Source of the DNA: Collinsella sp.
GTDB lineage: Bacteria; Actinomycetota; Coriobacteriia; Coriobacteriales; Coriobacteriaceae
Assembly (NCBI GenBank): GCA_048387515.1
Contig: DBFMRS010000183.1
Coordinates: 16,314-80,313, forward strand
Direction of reading: 5' to 3'
Length of the DNA stretch: 64,000 nucleotides
A program made the position numbers and the translations under genes. A model generated the notes under the pieces. That model was given only the letters and a program-made list of their open reading frames with translations, did no database searches and had not been told where the DNA came from. How positions within the stretch are numbered: the stretch's first letter is position 1; every line of letters starts with the position of its first letter. This document shows, piece by piece, positions 10,710 to 19,037 of the stretch.

Positions 10710-11693
10710 ATGTACGAGATCGACCTTAACCTCCCTAAGCAGATCGTCGCTGACGTCCTGTCCAACCACGAGATCCACAGCGTTGCCTTCGTCGGCTGCG
10801 GTGCCTCCATGTCCGACCTGTACCCCGCCAAGTACTTCCTGGCCAACAACACGGACAAGCTGAACGTTCAGATCTTCACCGCTAACGAGTTCAACTACGA
10901 CACGCCTTCCTGGGTCAACGAGCACACCTTCGTGATCACCTGCTCCCTCGGTGGCTCCACGCCCGAGACCGTCGAGGCCAACAAGACCGCCAAGAAGCAC
11001 AACTGCCCGGTCGTCTCCCTCACCAACAAGGCTGGCTCCGCTCTGACCGTCGACGCCGACCACGTCATCGTCCACGGCTTCCACGCCAACTATGCCGCCA
11101 AGGCCGAGAAGCCTGGCTACGCCATCGCTCTCGCTCTCGAGATCCTTCAGCAGACCGAGGGCTATGATCACTACGAGGATATGATCACCGGCCTCACCAA
11201 CATCTTCGACCTGTGCGAGAACGCCGCTCAGCACTGCACCAAGCTCGCCAAGAAGTTCGCCGAGGACTTCAAGGACGACAAGATGATCTACTTCATGGCT
11301 TCCGGTGCCTCCGAGAAGATGGCTTACTCTCACGCCGCCTTCCTGTTCACCGAGATGCAGTGGATCGACGCCGCCGCCTACAACACCGGCGAGTACTTCC
11401 ACGGCCCGTTCGAGGTTTCCACCGAAGGTAAGCCCTACGTCTTCTTCATGTCCGATGGTGCTACCCGTCCGATGGACGCCCGCGCCCTCACCTTCCTTGA
11501 GCGCATGGGCGCCAAGGTCGCTCTGATCGACTCCAAGGACTACGGTCTGGCCGACGCCGTGCCGGCGAGCGTCATCACCTACTTCAACCCGCTGCTGCAC
11601 CTCGCCGTTATGCGCGAGTACGGCAACCAGATCGCCGAGGCCCGTCAGCACCCGCTGACCATGCGTCGCTACATGTGGAAGCTTTCCTACTAA
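10710..11693 (+). CDS. SIS-domain fructosamine-6-phosphate deglycase (FrlB-like) #2
   Basis: VGCGAS, S.GG.TPET, EMQWI, GEYFHGPFEV, HPL..RRYMWK. Confidence 0.9.
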   Translation: MYEIDLNLPKQIVADVLSNHEIHSVAFVGCGASMSDLYPAKYFLANNTDKLNVQIFTANEFNYDTPSWVNEHTFVITCSLGGSTPETVEANKTAKKHNCPVVSLTNKAGSALTVDADHVIVHGFHANYAAKAEKPGYAIALALEILQQTEGYDHYEDMITGLTNIFDLCENAAQHCTKLAKKFAEDFKDDKMIYFMASGASEKMAYSHAAFLFTEMQWIDAAAYNTGEYFHGPFEVSTEGKPYVFFMSDGATRPMDARALTFLERMGAKVALIDSKDYGLADAVPASVITYFNPLLHLAVMREYGNQIAEARQHPLTMRRYMWKLSY

Positions 11694-11791
11694 TCACAAG
11701 TAAGTAGACCTTACGGGTTGATTGAGAGGGGATGGGGTTTGCGCCCCGTCCCCTTTTTGCTTTGGGGGCGTGTCTGTCGCGTCGCAAAACA

Positions 11792-11835
11792 CCAGATAAA
11801 ACCTACCAAAATAAACCTGTCCCTTTTTGGCAGGT
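11792..11835 (+). repeat. 44-bp REP-like palindromic element, copy 1
   Basis: 40/44 identical to the reverse complement of 21811-21854. Confidence 0.8.
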
Positions 11836-11849
11836 GGGAGGAGATGCGT

Positions 11850-12479
11850 ATGATCAAGGCAGTGCTGTTTGATATGGACGGCGTGCTGGTCGATACCGAG
11901 TGGTTCTACAACCGTCGCCGCGTGGCGTTTATGGAGGAAAAGGGGTTCCACTTTGACGAGATCCCCGATCTTTCGGGGTCTAACGAGCCTGCCATCTGGA
12001 AGTCGCTGGTGCCCGACGATGTTGAGCTGCGCGAGCGCTTGCGCGTGGAGTACAAGCAAGTCTACAGCCCGGACCACCCCGTTCCGTATGCCGAGCTGCT
12101 CAACGAGCAGACGGAGTCGGTGATGCGTGAGCTGCACGAGCGCGGCGTGAAGTGCGCCATCGCGAGCTCGTCCTATCGCGAGCTCATTGACGAGCTGGTG
12201 GAGATTGCCGGTATCGCCGATGTGCTGGATTACACCATCAGCGGTCACGAGTGCAGTGCGTTTAAGCCCGACCCCGAGATCTACCTGCGTGCCATGGAGG
12301 CGCTGGGTATGGAGCCTGCCGAGTGCCTGGTTATCGAGGACTCGCCTTTGGGTATCGAGGCCGGCAAGCGCTCCGGCGCCCGCGTCCTGGCACTGCGTCC
12401 GCACGAGGGCGTCAACCTCGATCAATCGCGAGCCGATGCCGTTATCGATAATCTGACCGACATTCTGGCCGCTTTGTAG
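11850..12479 (+). CDS. HAD-superfamily phosphatase (beta-PGM/CbbY-like)
   Basis: FDMDGVLVD, ASSS, KPDPEIY, IEDSPLG. Confidence 0.9.
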   Translation: MIKAVLFDMDGVLVDTEWFYNRRRVAFMEEKGFHFDEIPDLSGSNEPAIWKSLVPDDVELRERLRVEYKQVYSPDHPVPYAELLNEQTESVMRELHERGVKCAIASSSYRELIDELVEIAGIADVLDYTISGHECSAFKPDPEIYLRAMEALGMEPAECLVIEDSPLGIEAGKRSGARVLALRPHEGVNLDQSRADAVIDNLTDILAAL

Positions 12480-12574
12480 CGTCAATCCGCCGCGAGAAGT
12501 GCCGATTCGCGCATTTATCGCGGTGGATTGGCTCATTTTGGCTTCGATTTAGATCCGTTTGGCTTCGACTCGGA

Positions 12575-12698
12575 CTAAGTGAGTAGGCTTTTTGGCACAT
12601 GCCGAGCACAAAGCGTTTCTGCCTTAGTAAAACCGCAGGTCACAGAGGTGGCTGTTATTGGCTGTGCTCGGCAGGTTGCGAAAAGTCTACTCACTTAG
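12575..12698. repeat. Long inverted-repeat element (about 36-bp arms, 52-bp spacer)
   Basis: ctaagtgagtaggctttt..tgccgagcaca / tgtgctcggca..aaaagtctactcacttag. Confidence 0.75.
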
Positions 12699-12834
12699 AA
12701 TTTGGGCCTTTGGTTGTGGGGTTACCGGTCCCGTTTTGGTTGTCGAGAGAGGGTGAATTGAAGCGTCCTCTCGCGCTCCATGCTACAATCGCCGGCATGC
12801 CCCACAATTACATCTGCCTTCGAAAGGAGCCTAC

Positions 12835-13842
12835 GTGGCGAACGCCATCGATCAGCTCACGGACCGCGTGCTCGTGCTCGGCCGCCTCACCATCGTCCGC
12901 CGCGCCATTACCGCGGCGGCGGTCACGATTTCTGCCGTTCTCCAGACATTTCTGATTCAGGCGTTCATTCGGCCCGCCGACTTGCTTCCGAGCGGCCTTA
13001 CCGGCGTCGCGGTCCTGCTCGATCGCGTTACCTCGCTCGGCGGCGTTCACATCGACATCTCGCTCGGTATGCTTGCGCTCAACATCCCCGTGGCGCTCCT
13101 ATGCTGGAGCGGCATTAGCAAGCGTTTCGTCATCTTCTCGATGATGCAGGTCGTGCTCTCGTCGCTGTTCCTCAACGTCTTTCACTTCGCGCCGTTTTTA
13201 GGCGACAAGATCATGCTCATCATTTTTGGCGGCGTAGTCTCGGGTCTGGGCGCTGCCATCGCGCTTAAGTCCGGCGCATCCACCGGCGGCACCGACTTTA
13301 TCGCGCTGTGGGTCTCCAACCACACGGGCAAGACCATCTGGGGCGTCATCTTTGGTTTCAACTGCTTTATCCTGGCGATCTTTGGTTTTATGTTTGGCTG
13401 GGACAAGGCGGCGTATTCCATCGTGTTCCAGTTTATTTCGACCAAGACCATCGACAGTTTCTATCGTCGCTACGACCGCGTGACGCTGCAGATCACGACG
13501 CGCAAGGCAGACGAGGTCATGACCGCCTATGTTGACCATTTTCAGCATGGCATTAGCTGCGCCGAGGTCATTGGCGGATACAGCCGCGAGAAGATGTACC
13601 TGCTGCACGCCGTTGTATCGACCTACGAGAGCCAGGACATTATCAAGCTGGTGTGCGACATTGATCCCGGCGCCGTGATCAACGTGTTCCACACGCTCAA
13701 CTTTGTGGGCGGCTGGTGGGGAGGTCATGTCGACGAGCCCATGCCCACGGCCGTTCCCGATCCCGACAAGCCCGCACGCATGGCCAGCAGGCAGGCGCGC
13801 CTCAGCGAGCAGGACAGCCTGCAGCAGGATGACGGCAAGTAA
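12835..13842 (+). CDS. YitT-family membrane protein (with DUF2179-like C-terminus)
   Basis: SGLTGVA, LNIP, GASTGGTDFIA, GGYS..K, IDPGAVI. Confidence 0.88.
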   Translation: MANAIDQLTDRVLVLGRLTIVRRAITAAAVTISAVLQTFLIQAFIRPADLLPSGLTGVAVLLDRVTSLGGVHIDISLGMLALNIPVALLCWSGISKRFVIFSMMQVVLSSLFLNVFHFAPFLGDKIMLIIFGGVVSGLGAAIALKSGASTGGTDFIALWVSNHTGKTIWGVIFGFNCFILAIFGFMFGWDKAAYSIVFQFISTKTIDSFYRRYDRVTLQITTRKADEVMTAYVDHFQHGISCAEVIGGYSREKMYLLHAVVSTYESQDIIKLVCDIDPGAVINVFHTLNFVGGWWGGHVDEPMPTAVPDPDKPARMASRQARLSEQDSLQQDDGK

Positions 13843-13946
13843 GGATTTGCTGTATGTGGTGTATCGTTTTATCAAACTGATGTAACATATAAAAAGACGT
13901 TATATACGTATTAGTTATTTCGCTATTTTGATAAGAGTGATCAGAT

Positions 13947-14666
13947 ATGCCCGCACCCAAAAATGCACCGCTTTACCAGCAGATTTATGACGAGATCAAG
14001 GATGCAATCGAGAAAGGGGTTTATGCACCCAAGGAGCGCATTCCGTCCGAGCTTGAGCTTGCCGAACAGTACGAGGTGAGCCGTATTACGGTGCGCCGTG
14101 CCGTCGAGGAACTGTGTTCCGACGGCTATCTGGTTAAGCAGCAGGGCCGCGGCACCTTTGTCTCCACGCCGCACATCAACCGCCAGTTCCACGCCTCGAC
14201 GCTGCAGACGTTCACCGAGCTTTGCGCCGATAACGGCATGAAGGCGGGCGCGCATGTGATCAATCGCCAGATTGTGCCGGCGCGCCAAAACGAGATGGAA
14301 TTCTTTGGCCTGCAGAAGGATGCGCTGCTGCTGCATATCAAACGCGTGCGTACGGCCGATGGTGAGCCCATCTTTGAGGAAAACGTCTTTGTGCCGTTTG
14401 ACGCCTACCGTGAGCTGTTGACGGCCGATCTTGAGGACAAGTCGATTTTTGCCGAGGTCGAGCGTGTTGGCGGAACCCCGATTGTCTCGGTTGGCTACCG
14501 CACGGTCGAGGCCGTTCGCGCGAATGCCGAGCAGGCCGCCGAGTTGGGCATTGCCCCGCACGATCCGCTGCTCAACCTGCGCGCCGGCTTTATCGGCCCC
14601 AATGGCGAGCCGGTCCTGATGGGTAAGCAGTACTACGTGGGTAGCCGTTACGTCATGGTGATGTAA
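13947..14666 (+). CDS. GntR/HutC-family (UTRA) regulator #2 (FrlR-like)
   Basis: PLYQQI..RIPSELELAEQYEVSRITVRRAV..QGRGTFV. Confidence 0.93.
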   Translation: MPAPKNAPLYQQIYDEIKDAIEKGVYAPKERIPSELELAEQYEVSRITVRRAVEELCSDGYLVKQQGRGTFVSTPHINRQFHASTLQTFTELCADNGMKAGAHVINRQIVPARQNEMEFFGLQKDALLLHIKRVRTADGEPIFEENVFVPFDAYRELLTADLEDKSIFAEVERVGGTPIVSVGYRTVEAVRANAEQAAELGIAPHDPLLNLRAGFIGPNGEPVLMGKQYYVGSRYVMVM

Positions 14667-14860
14667 GTTACGCGGTTTTACCAAACCGCGTAACGGGCCG
14701 ACGCTGCGCCCTTGGTTCCGCCGTTCTAACGAACGGCGGACCGGTCGACGCTGCAAACGCCTCTAAGCGGCAATCTGACGTTCAATCGTCGGTCGCGTAC
14801 CGAAGTACGCTTCCCTCCTCTTTCACGTCACCTTGCTCGCTTGGGGGCGTTTTCGCTGAC
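14667..14860. repeat. Structured intergenic repeat, copy A
   Basis: Near-identical framework to 35540-35687; nested stems. Confidence 0.85.
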
Positions 14861-14900
14861 TTATGCTCAACTGGCGATGTTTCCGCGCTTATCAAGATAG

Positions 14901-14952
14901 TCATTGGGGACGTTCTTAAACGACTAGTCATTCAAGAACGTCCCCAATGACT
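14901..14952. repeat. REP-like inverted repeat
   Basis: tcattggggacgttctt / aagaacgtccccaatga. Confidence 0.7.
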
Positions 14953-15043
14953 ACCCGCAGAATGAGCGTGGCCGGCAACCGTGGGGCACCGGTCCGCGTG
15001 GCGGCGTATAATCGGCGGCAGATGACTTGGACGTTAGGAAACC

Positions 15044-17026
15044 ATGACCGATAGCATGCAGCAGATGGCGCTCGACACGCTCGGCGCCTATTTTGGCTAC
15101 ACCTCGTTTCGCCCGGGGCAGGACCGCATGGTCGATGCGATCCTTGCCGGTCGCGATGCGCTGGGCGTTATGCCCACAGGCGCCGGCAAGTCCATTTGCT
15201 ACCAGGTGCCCGCGCTCATGCTGCCCGGCATTACCTTTGTGGTGAGTCCGCTGCTGTCGCTTATGGAGGACCAGACCCGCGCGCTGCTCGCGGCGGGTGC
15301 GCGCCCCAGTTATCTCAACTCCAGCCTTACTCCGGCCCAGCAAAACACCGTGCTCAAGCGGGCGCGCGAGGGCCGCTACCAACTTATGTACGTGGCGCCC
15401 GAGCGCCTGCTCGAGCCGCGCTTTTTAGGCTTTGCGCAGGAGGCCGCGGCGGACGGCGGCATTGGCGTGCCGCTCGTGGCCATTGACGAGGCCCACTGCG
15501 TGAGCCAATGGGGCCAGGATTTCCGCCCCGCCTACCTGCAGATTCGTGAGTTCATCGATTCCCTGCCGCAGCGCCCCATCGTGGCGGCCTTTACCGCTAC
15601 GGCGACTGAGCGTGTGCGCGCGGACATTCAGCAGATGCTCGGCCTGCAAAATCCCGCGACGGTGGTGACGGGCTTCGATCGCAAGAACCTCTACTTTGGC
15701 TGCGAGGAGATGGGCGACAAGGCCAAGGCCGCGTGGGTGCGCGACTATGTGATCGCGCATTCGAGTGAGAGCGGCATCGTATATTGCTCGACCCGCAAGA
15801 CCGTCGATGCACTCGCCGGCGAGCTTGCCGAGGCGCTGGGCCCCAGCGGCATTCGCGTTGGCCGCTACCATGCCGGCATGGGCAACGACGCCCGTCGTCA
15901 GAGCCAGCGCGCCTTTATCGACGACGATATTCAGGTGATGGTTGCCACCAACGCCTTTGGCATGGGCATCGACAAGCCCAACGTGCGCTACGTCATCCAT
16001 AACAACGTGCCCGAGAGCATCGAGGCCTACTATCAGGAGGCGGGTCGCGCCGGCCGCGATGGCGACCCGGCCAGCTGCCACTTGCTGTGGAACGGCAACG
16101 ATTTTCGGATGCGCCGCTTTTTAATCGACCGCGGCGATGCGGCCGACGAGGCGCTCGACGACGAGCAACGCGCGTGGGCGCTCCAAAATCGATATCGTCT
16201 GCTCAGCCAGATGGAGGGCTACTGCAATACCACCGGCTGCCTGCGCGAATATATGCTGCGCTACTTTGGCGACGAGGCCGCGGCCGAGCATGCTGCTGCG
16301 GCTGGTGCGGGCGCCACCGCCACGGACGACGCCGAGGGCTGCGGCAACTGCAGCAATTGCCTCACGCAGTTCGAGGTCGAGGACGTCACCGATATGGCCC
16401 GCGCTGCCGTGCGCTATGTGGCCACGCGACCCATGCGCTTTGGCAAGTCGCTGATCGCTGATGTGCTCCACGGCGGCAACACCGAGCGCATTTGCCAGAT
16501 GCATCTGGACGAGGACCGCGGCTACGGTGAGCTGTCGAGCGAATCGGTCGGGCGCATCAAGGACATCATCGGCCAGCTGTGCGGCCGCGGTTATTTGGCA
16601 ACCTCGCAGGGGCAGTACCCGGTCGTGGGACTGGGTCCGCGTGCCGGCGAGGTCGAGGATGAGGCGTTCGCCTTTACCGTTAAGCGTCGCGCGTCCAAGC
16701 GCAAGGCCTCGGCTCGCGCCCGCCGTGCGGTGGATCTGCTGCGCGAGGAGGCTGAGCTGGATCAGCGCCCGCGCGTGGGCGACGATGCCGAGCTGTTCGA
16801 GCGCCTGCGTGCCTTGCGCAAGGAGATCTCGACCGAGCTGGAGATGGCGCCGTACATGGTCTTCTCCGACAAGGCTCTGCGCGGTCTGTGCCGCCTGCGC
16901 CCTCAGACGCGCGACGAGCTGATCCAGGTCAACGGCATTGGCGAGAAAAAGGCCGACGCCTTTGGCGAGCAGTTTATGGCGGCGATTGAAGAATTTGAGT
17001 CCGAGCATGCACGGGATGGAGCGTAA
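15044..17026 (+). CDS. recQ: ATP-dependent DNA helicase RecQ
   Basis: MPTGAGKSICYQ, DEAHCVSQWGQDFRP, YQEAGRAGRDG, Zn/RQC and HRDC domains. Confidence 0.96.
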   Translation: MTDSMQQMALDTLGAYFGYTSFRPGQDRMVDAILAGRDALGVMPTGAGKSICYQVPALMLPGITFVVSPLLSLMEDQTRALLAAGARPSYLNSSLTPAQQNTVLKRAREGRYQLMYVAPERLLEPRFLGFAQEAAADGGIGVPLVAIDEAHCVSQWGQDFRPAYLQIREFIDSLPQRPIVAAFTATATERVRADIQQMLGLQNPATVVTGFDRKNLYFGCEEMGDKAKAAWVRDYVIAHSSESGIVYCSTRKTVDALAGELAEALGPSGIRVGRYHAGMGNDARRQSQRAFIDDDIQVMVATNAFGMGIDKPNVRYVIHNNVPESIEAYYQEAGRAGRDGDPASCHLLWNGNDFRMRRFLIDRGDAADEALDDEQRAWALQNRYRLLSQMEGYCNTTGCLREYMLRYFGDEAAAEHAAAAGAGATATDDAEGCGNCSNCLTQFEVEDVTDMARAAVRYVATRPMRFGKSLIADVLHGGNTERICQMHLDEDRGYGELSSESVGRIKDIIGQLCGRGYLATSQGQYPVVGLGPRAGEVEDEAFAFTVKRRASKRKASARARRAVDLLREEAELDQRPRVGDDAELFERLRALRKEISTELEMAPYMVFSDKALRGLCRLRPQTRDELIQVNGIGEKKADAFGEQFMAAIEEFESEHARDGA

Positions 17027-17028
17027 CG

Positions 17029-17793
17029 ATGGTAGCCGATAACAAGACCGAACGTTCCGAGCGCGCCGAGGTTTCCGCCGTGCCGCTGTACCAGCAGGTT
17101 ATGGACGACCTAAAGGGAGAGATCGCGCGCGGCGTGTACGCATCTGGCTCGCGCATTCCTTCCGAGATCGAGCTCGCGAAGTCCTACGGCGTAGGGCGCG
17201 TCACCGTGCGCCGCGCCATCGAGGAGCTGTCGCGTGCGGGGTATCTCAACCGCCAGCAGGGGAGGGGTACCTTTGTGTGCGCTCCCAAGCTCAAGCGCAA
17301 GATTCACCAGAAGGGTGACGTCCAGAGTTTTACTGAGGGTTGTGCTGCCAACGATATGGTGGCCGGAGCGCGCCTGGTGTCGCGCACGGTGGTTGCGGCG
17401 ACGCGCGAGGACGCGGCGTTTTTTGGCGTGGAGCCCGGCAGTGAGCTTATCGTGGTCGAGCGCGTGCGCACGGCCGACGGCATCCCCGTCATGCTCGAGA
17501 ACAACGCCTTTGTGCTCGCCGACCATCCCTACCTGCAGACGCTGGCCGATAAGGACCTCGCCGATAACTCGATCTTTGCGCTCGTTGCCGAGCATTCGGG
17601 CCGCGCACCGCTCAAGTCCGACCCTTGCACTGTGGAGATTGCGCTTGCCGATGCTCAGGCGGCCCCGCTGCTGGAGGTGCCGGTCGGCGAGCCTCTCTTT
17701 TATATGGAGGCGTATTTTACCGATGCAGACGAGCGCCCCCTGCTGCTCGGGCGCCAAAAGATCGTGGGCTCGCGTTACGTGTTCGACATCTAA
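17029..17793 (+). CDS. GntR/HutC-family (UTRA) regulator #3
   Basis: PLYQQV..RIPSEIEL..VTVRRAI..QGRGTFV; paralog of 13947-14666. Confidence 0.92.
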   Translation: MVADNKTERSERAEVSAVPLYQQVMDDLKGEIARGVYASGSRIPSEIELAKSYGVGRVTVRRAIEELSRAGYLNRQQGRGTFVCAPKLKRKIHQKGDVQSFTEGCAANDMVAGARLVSRTVVAATREDAAFFGVEPGSELIVVERVRTADGIPVMLENNAFVLADHPYLQTLADKDLADNSIFALVAEHSGRAPLKSDPCTVEIALADAQAAPLLEVPVGEPLFYMEAYFTDADERPLLLGRQKIVGSRYVFDI

Positions 17794-17802
17794 CGTTCAT
17801 AG

Positions 17803-17881
17803 ATAGAACAACATAGAACAAATTTGCCGAAATGACTTCACCGGTGAAGCTTTGCGTGGTATAAATAGGACAACATAGAAC
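17803..17881 (+). promoter_or_regulatory. Promoter of SIS gene #3 flanked by two ATAG(A/G)ACAACATAGAAC boxes
   Basis: Boxes at 17803-17819 and 17865-17881; extended -10-like tggtataaat at about 17857. Confidence 0.65.
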
Positions 17882-17937
17882 GACCGTAGGTGCGAGCTGC
17901 TGTCGTTCAAAGCCGCCACACAAGGAGGAGCGTCACC

Positions 17938-18906
17938 GTGAACGCACACGATCTGATTCAGGAAATCATCGAGCGCAAGGGCAAGGTCGAGAATGTCTTT
18001 TGGATCGCCTGCGGCGGTTCGATGATCGACCTCATGCCGGCTAACGAACTGCTCAAGCGCGAGGCCACCACGTTTACCTCGACGGTCTACACAGCGCGCG
18101 AGTTTTGCCTGATGGCCCCCAAGAGCCTAGGGCCGAAGTCGCTCGTCGTCGCCTGCAGCCACAGCGGCAATACGCAGGAGGTCGTCGACGGTTGCGAGAT
18201 GGCGCTGGCAGCCGGCGCCGAGGTCGTGGCCATGACCGACTGCGAGGGCTCCAAGATTGATAACGGCAAGTGGACCACCTGGGTCTATCCGTGGGGCGAA
18301 GGCGTGCCGCAGGCCGAGGTGCCGCAAGGCATCGGCGTCCTGATGGCTGCCGAGCTGCTCGACCAGCAGGAGGGTTACGAGGCGCTCGCCGATATGTACG
18401 CCGGCCTTAAGCAGATGGATGCGCTGTTGCCCGCTGCCCGCGAGAAGGTCAATGCCGAGCTGGGCGATCGCTTTGCCGAGCTCTGCCAGCAGCACGAGTT
18501 CTTCTACATCCTGGGATCCGGCCCCAACTTTAGCCAGACCTACGCCATGGCCATCTGCTCGCTCATGGAGATGCAATGGCAGCACTGCTGCTACATTCAC
18601 TCCGGCGAGTATTTCCACGGCCCGTTCGAGGCAACCGAGCCCGGCGTGTTCTACTTTGTGCAGCTCGGATCGGGCGAGTGCCGCCCCATGGAGGAGCGCG
18701 CGCTCGCGTTCCTCAACACGCACACCGATACGATCATGGTGCTCGATGCGCTTGAGTACGGCGTGGGCGAGGTGCCCGCCAGCGTGCGTTCGTTCCTGGA
18801 GCCGATTTTCTTCTACGCGATGAGCTGCGAGCTGCGCGCCGCCCGCGGCAAGGTGTTCGACCACAGCCCCGAGATTCGTCGCTACATGGGCATCGAGCAG
18901 TACTAG
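17938..18906 (+). CDS. SIS-domain fructosamine-6-phosphate deglycase (FrlB-like) #3
   Basis: IACGGS, SHSGNTQE, LMEMQW, IHSGEYFHGPFE, RRYMG; GTG start after aaggagg. Confidence 0.9.
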   Translation: MNAHDLIQEIIERKGKVENVFWIACGGSMIDLMPANELLKREATTFTSTVYTAREFCLMAPKSLGPKSLVVACSHSGNTQEVVDGCEMALAAGAEVVAMTDCEGSKIDNGKWTTWVYPWGEGVPQAEVPQGIGVLMAAELLDQQEGYEALADMYAGLKQMDALLPAAREKVNAELGDRFAELCQQHEFFYILGSGPNFSQTYAMAICSLMEMQWQHCCYIHSGEYFHGPFEATEPGVFYFVQLGSGECRPMEERALAFLNTHTDTIMVLDALEYGVGEVPASVRSFLEPIFFYAMSCELRAARGKVFDHSPEIRRYMGIEQY

Positions 18907-18955
18907 GTAACGGGAAAAGTATTCACCTTCGATTCGCAAGCGTGTCGTGTGAGTC

Positions 18956-18997
18956 AAAAAGCGGGCCGCGCCGGGGATTTCCGGCGCGGCCCGCTTG
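18956..18997. terminator. Hairpin terminator between convergent genes
   Basis: aaaaa gcgggccgcgccgg / ccggcgcggcccgc tt. Confidence 0.75.
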
Positions 18998-19037
18998 GCA
19001 TCGCGCTTAGATTCGCAAGGTTGCGGCAGCCAGCGGC

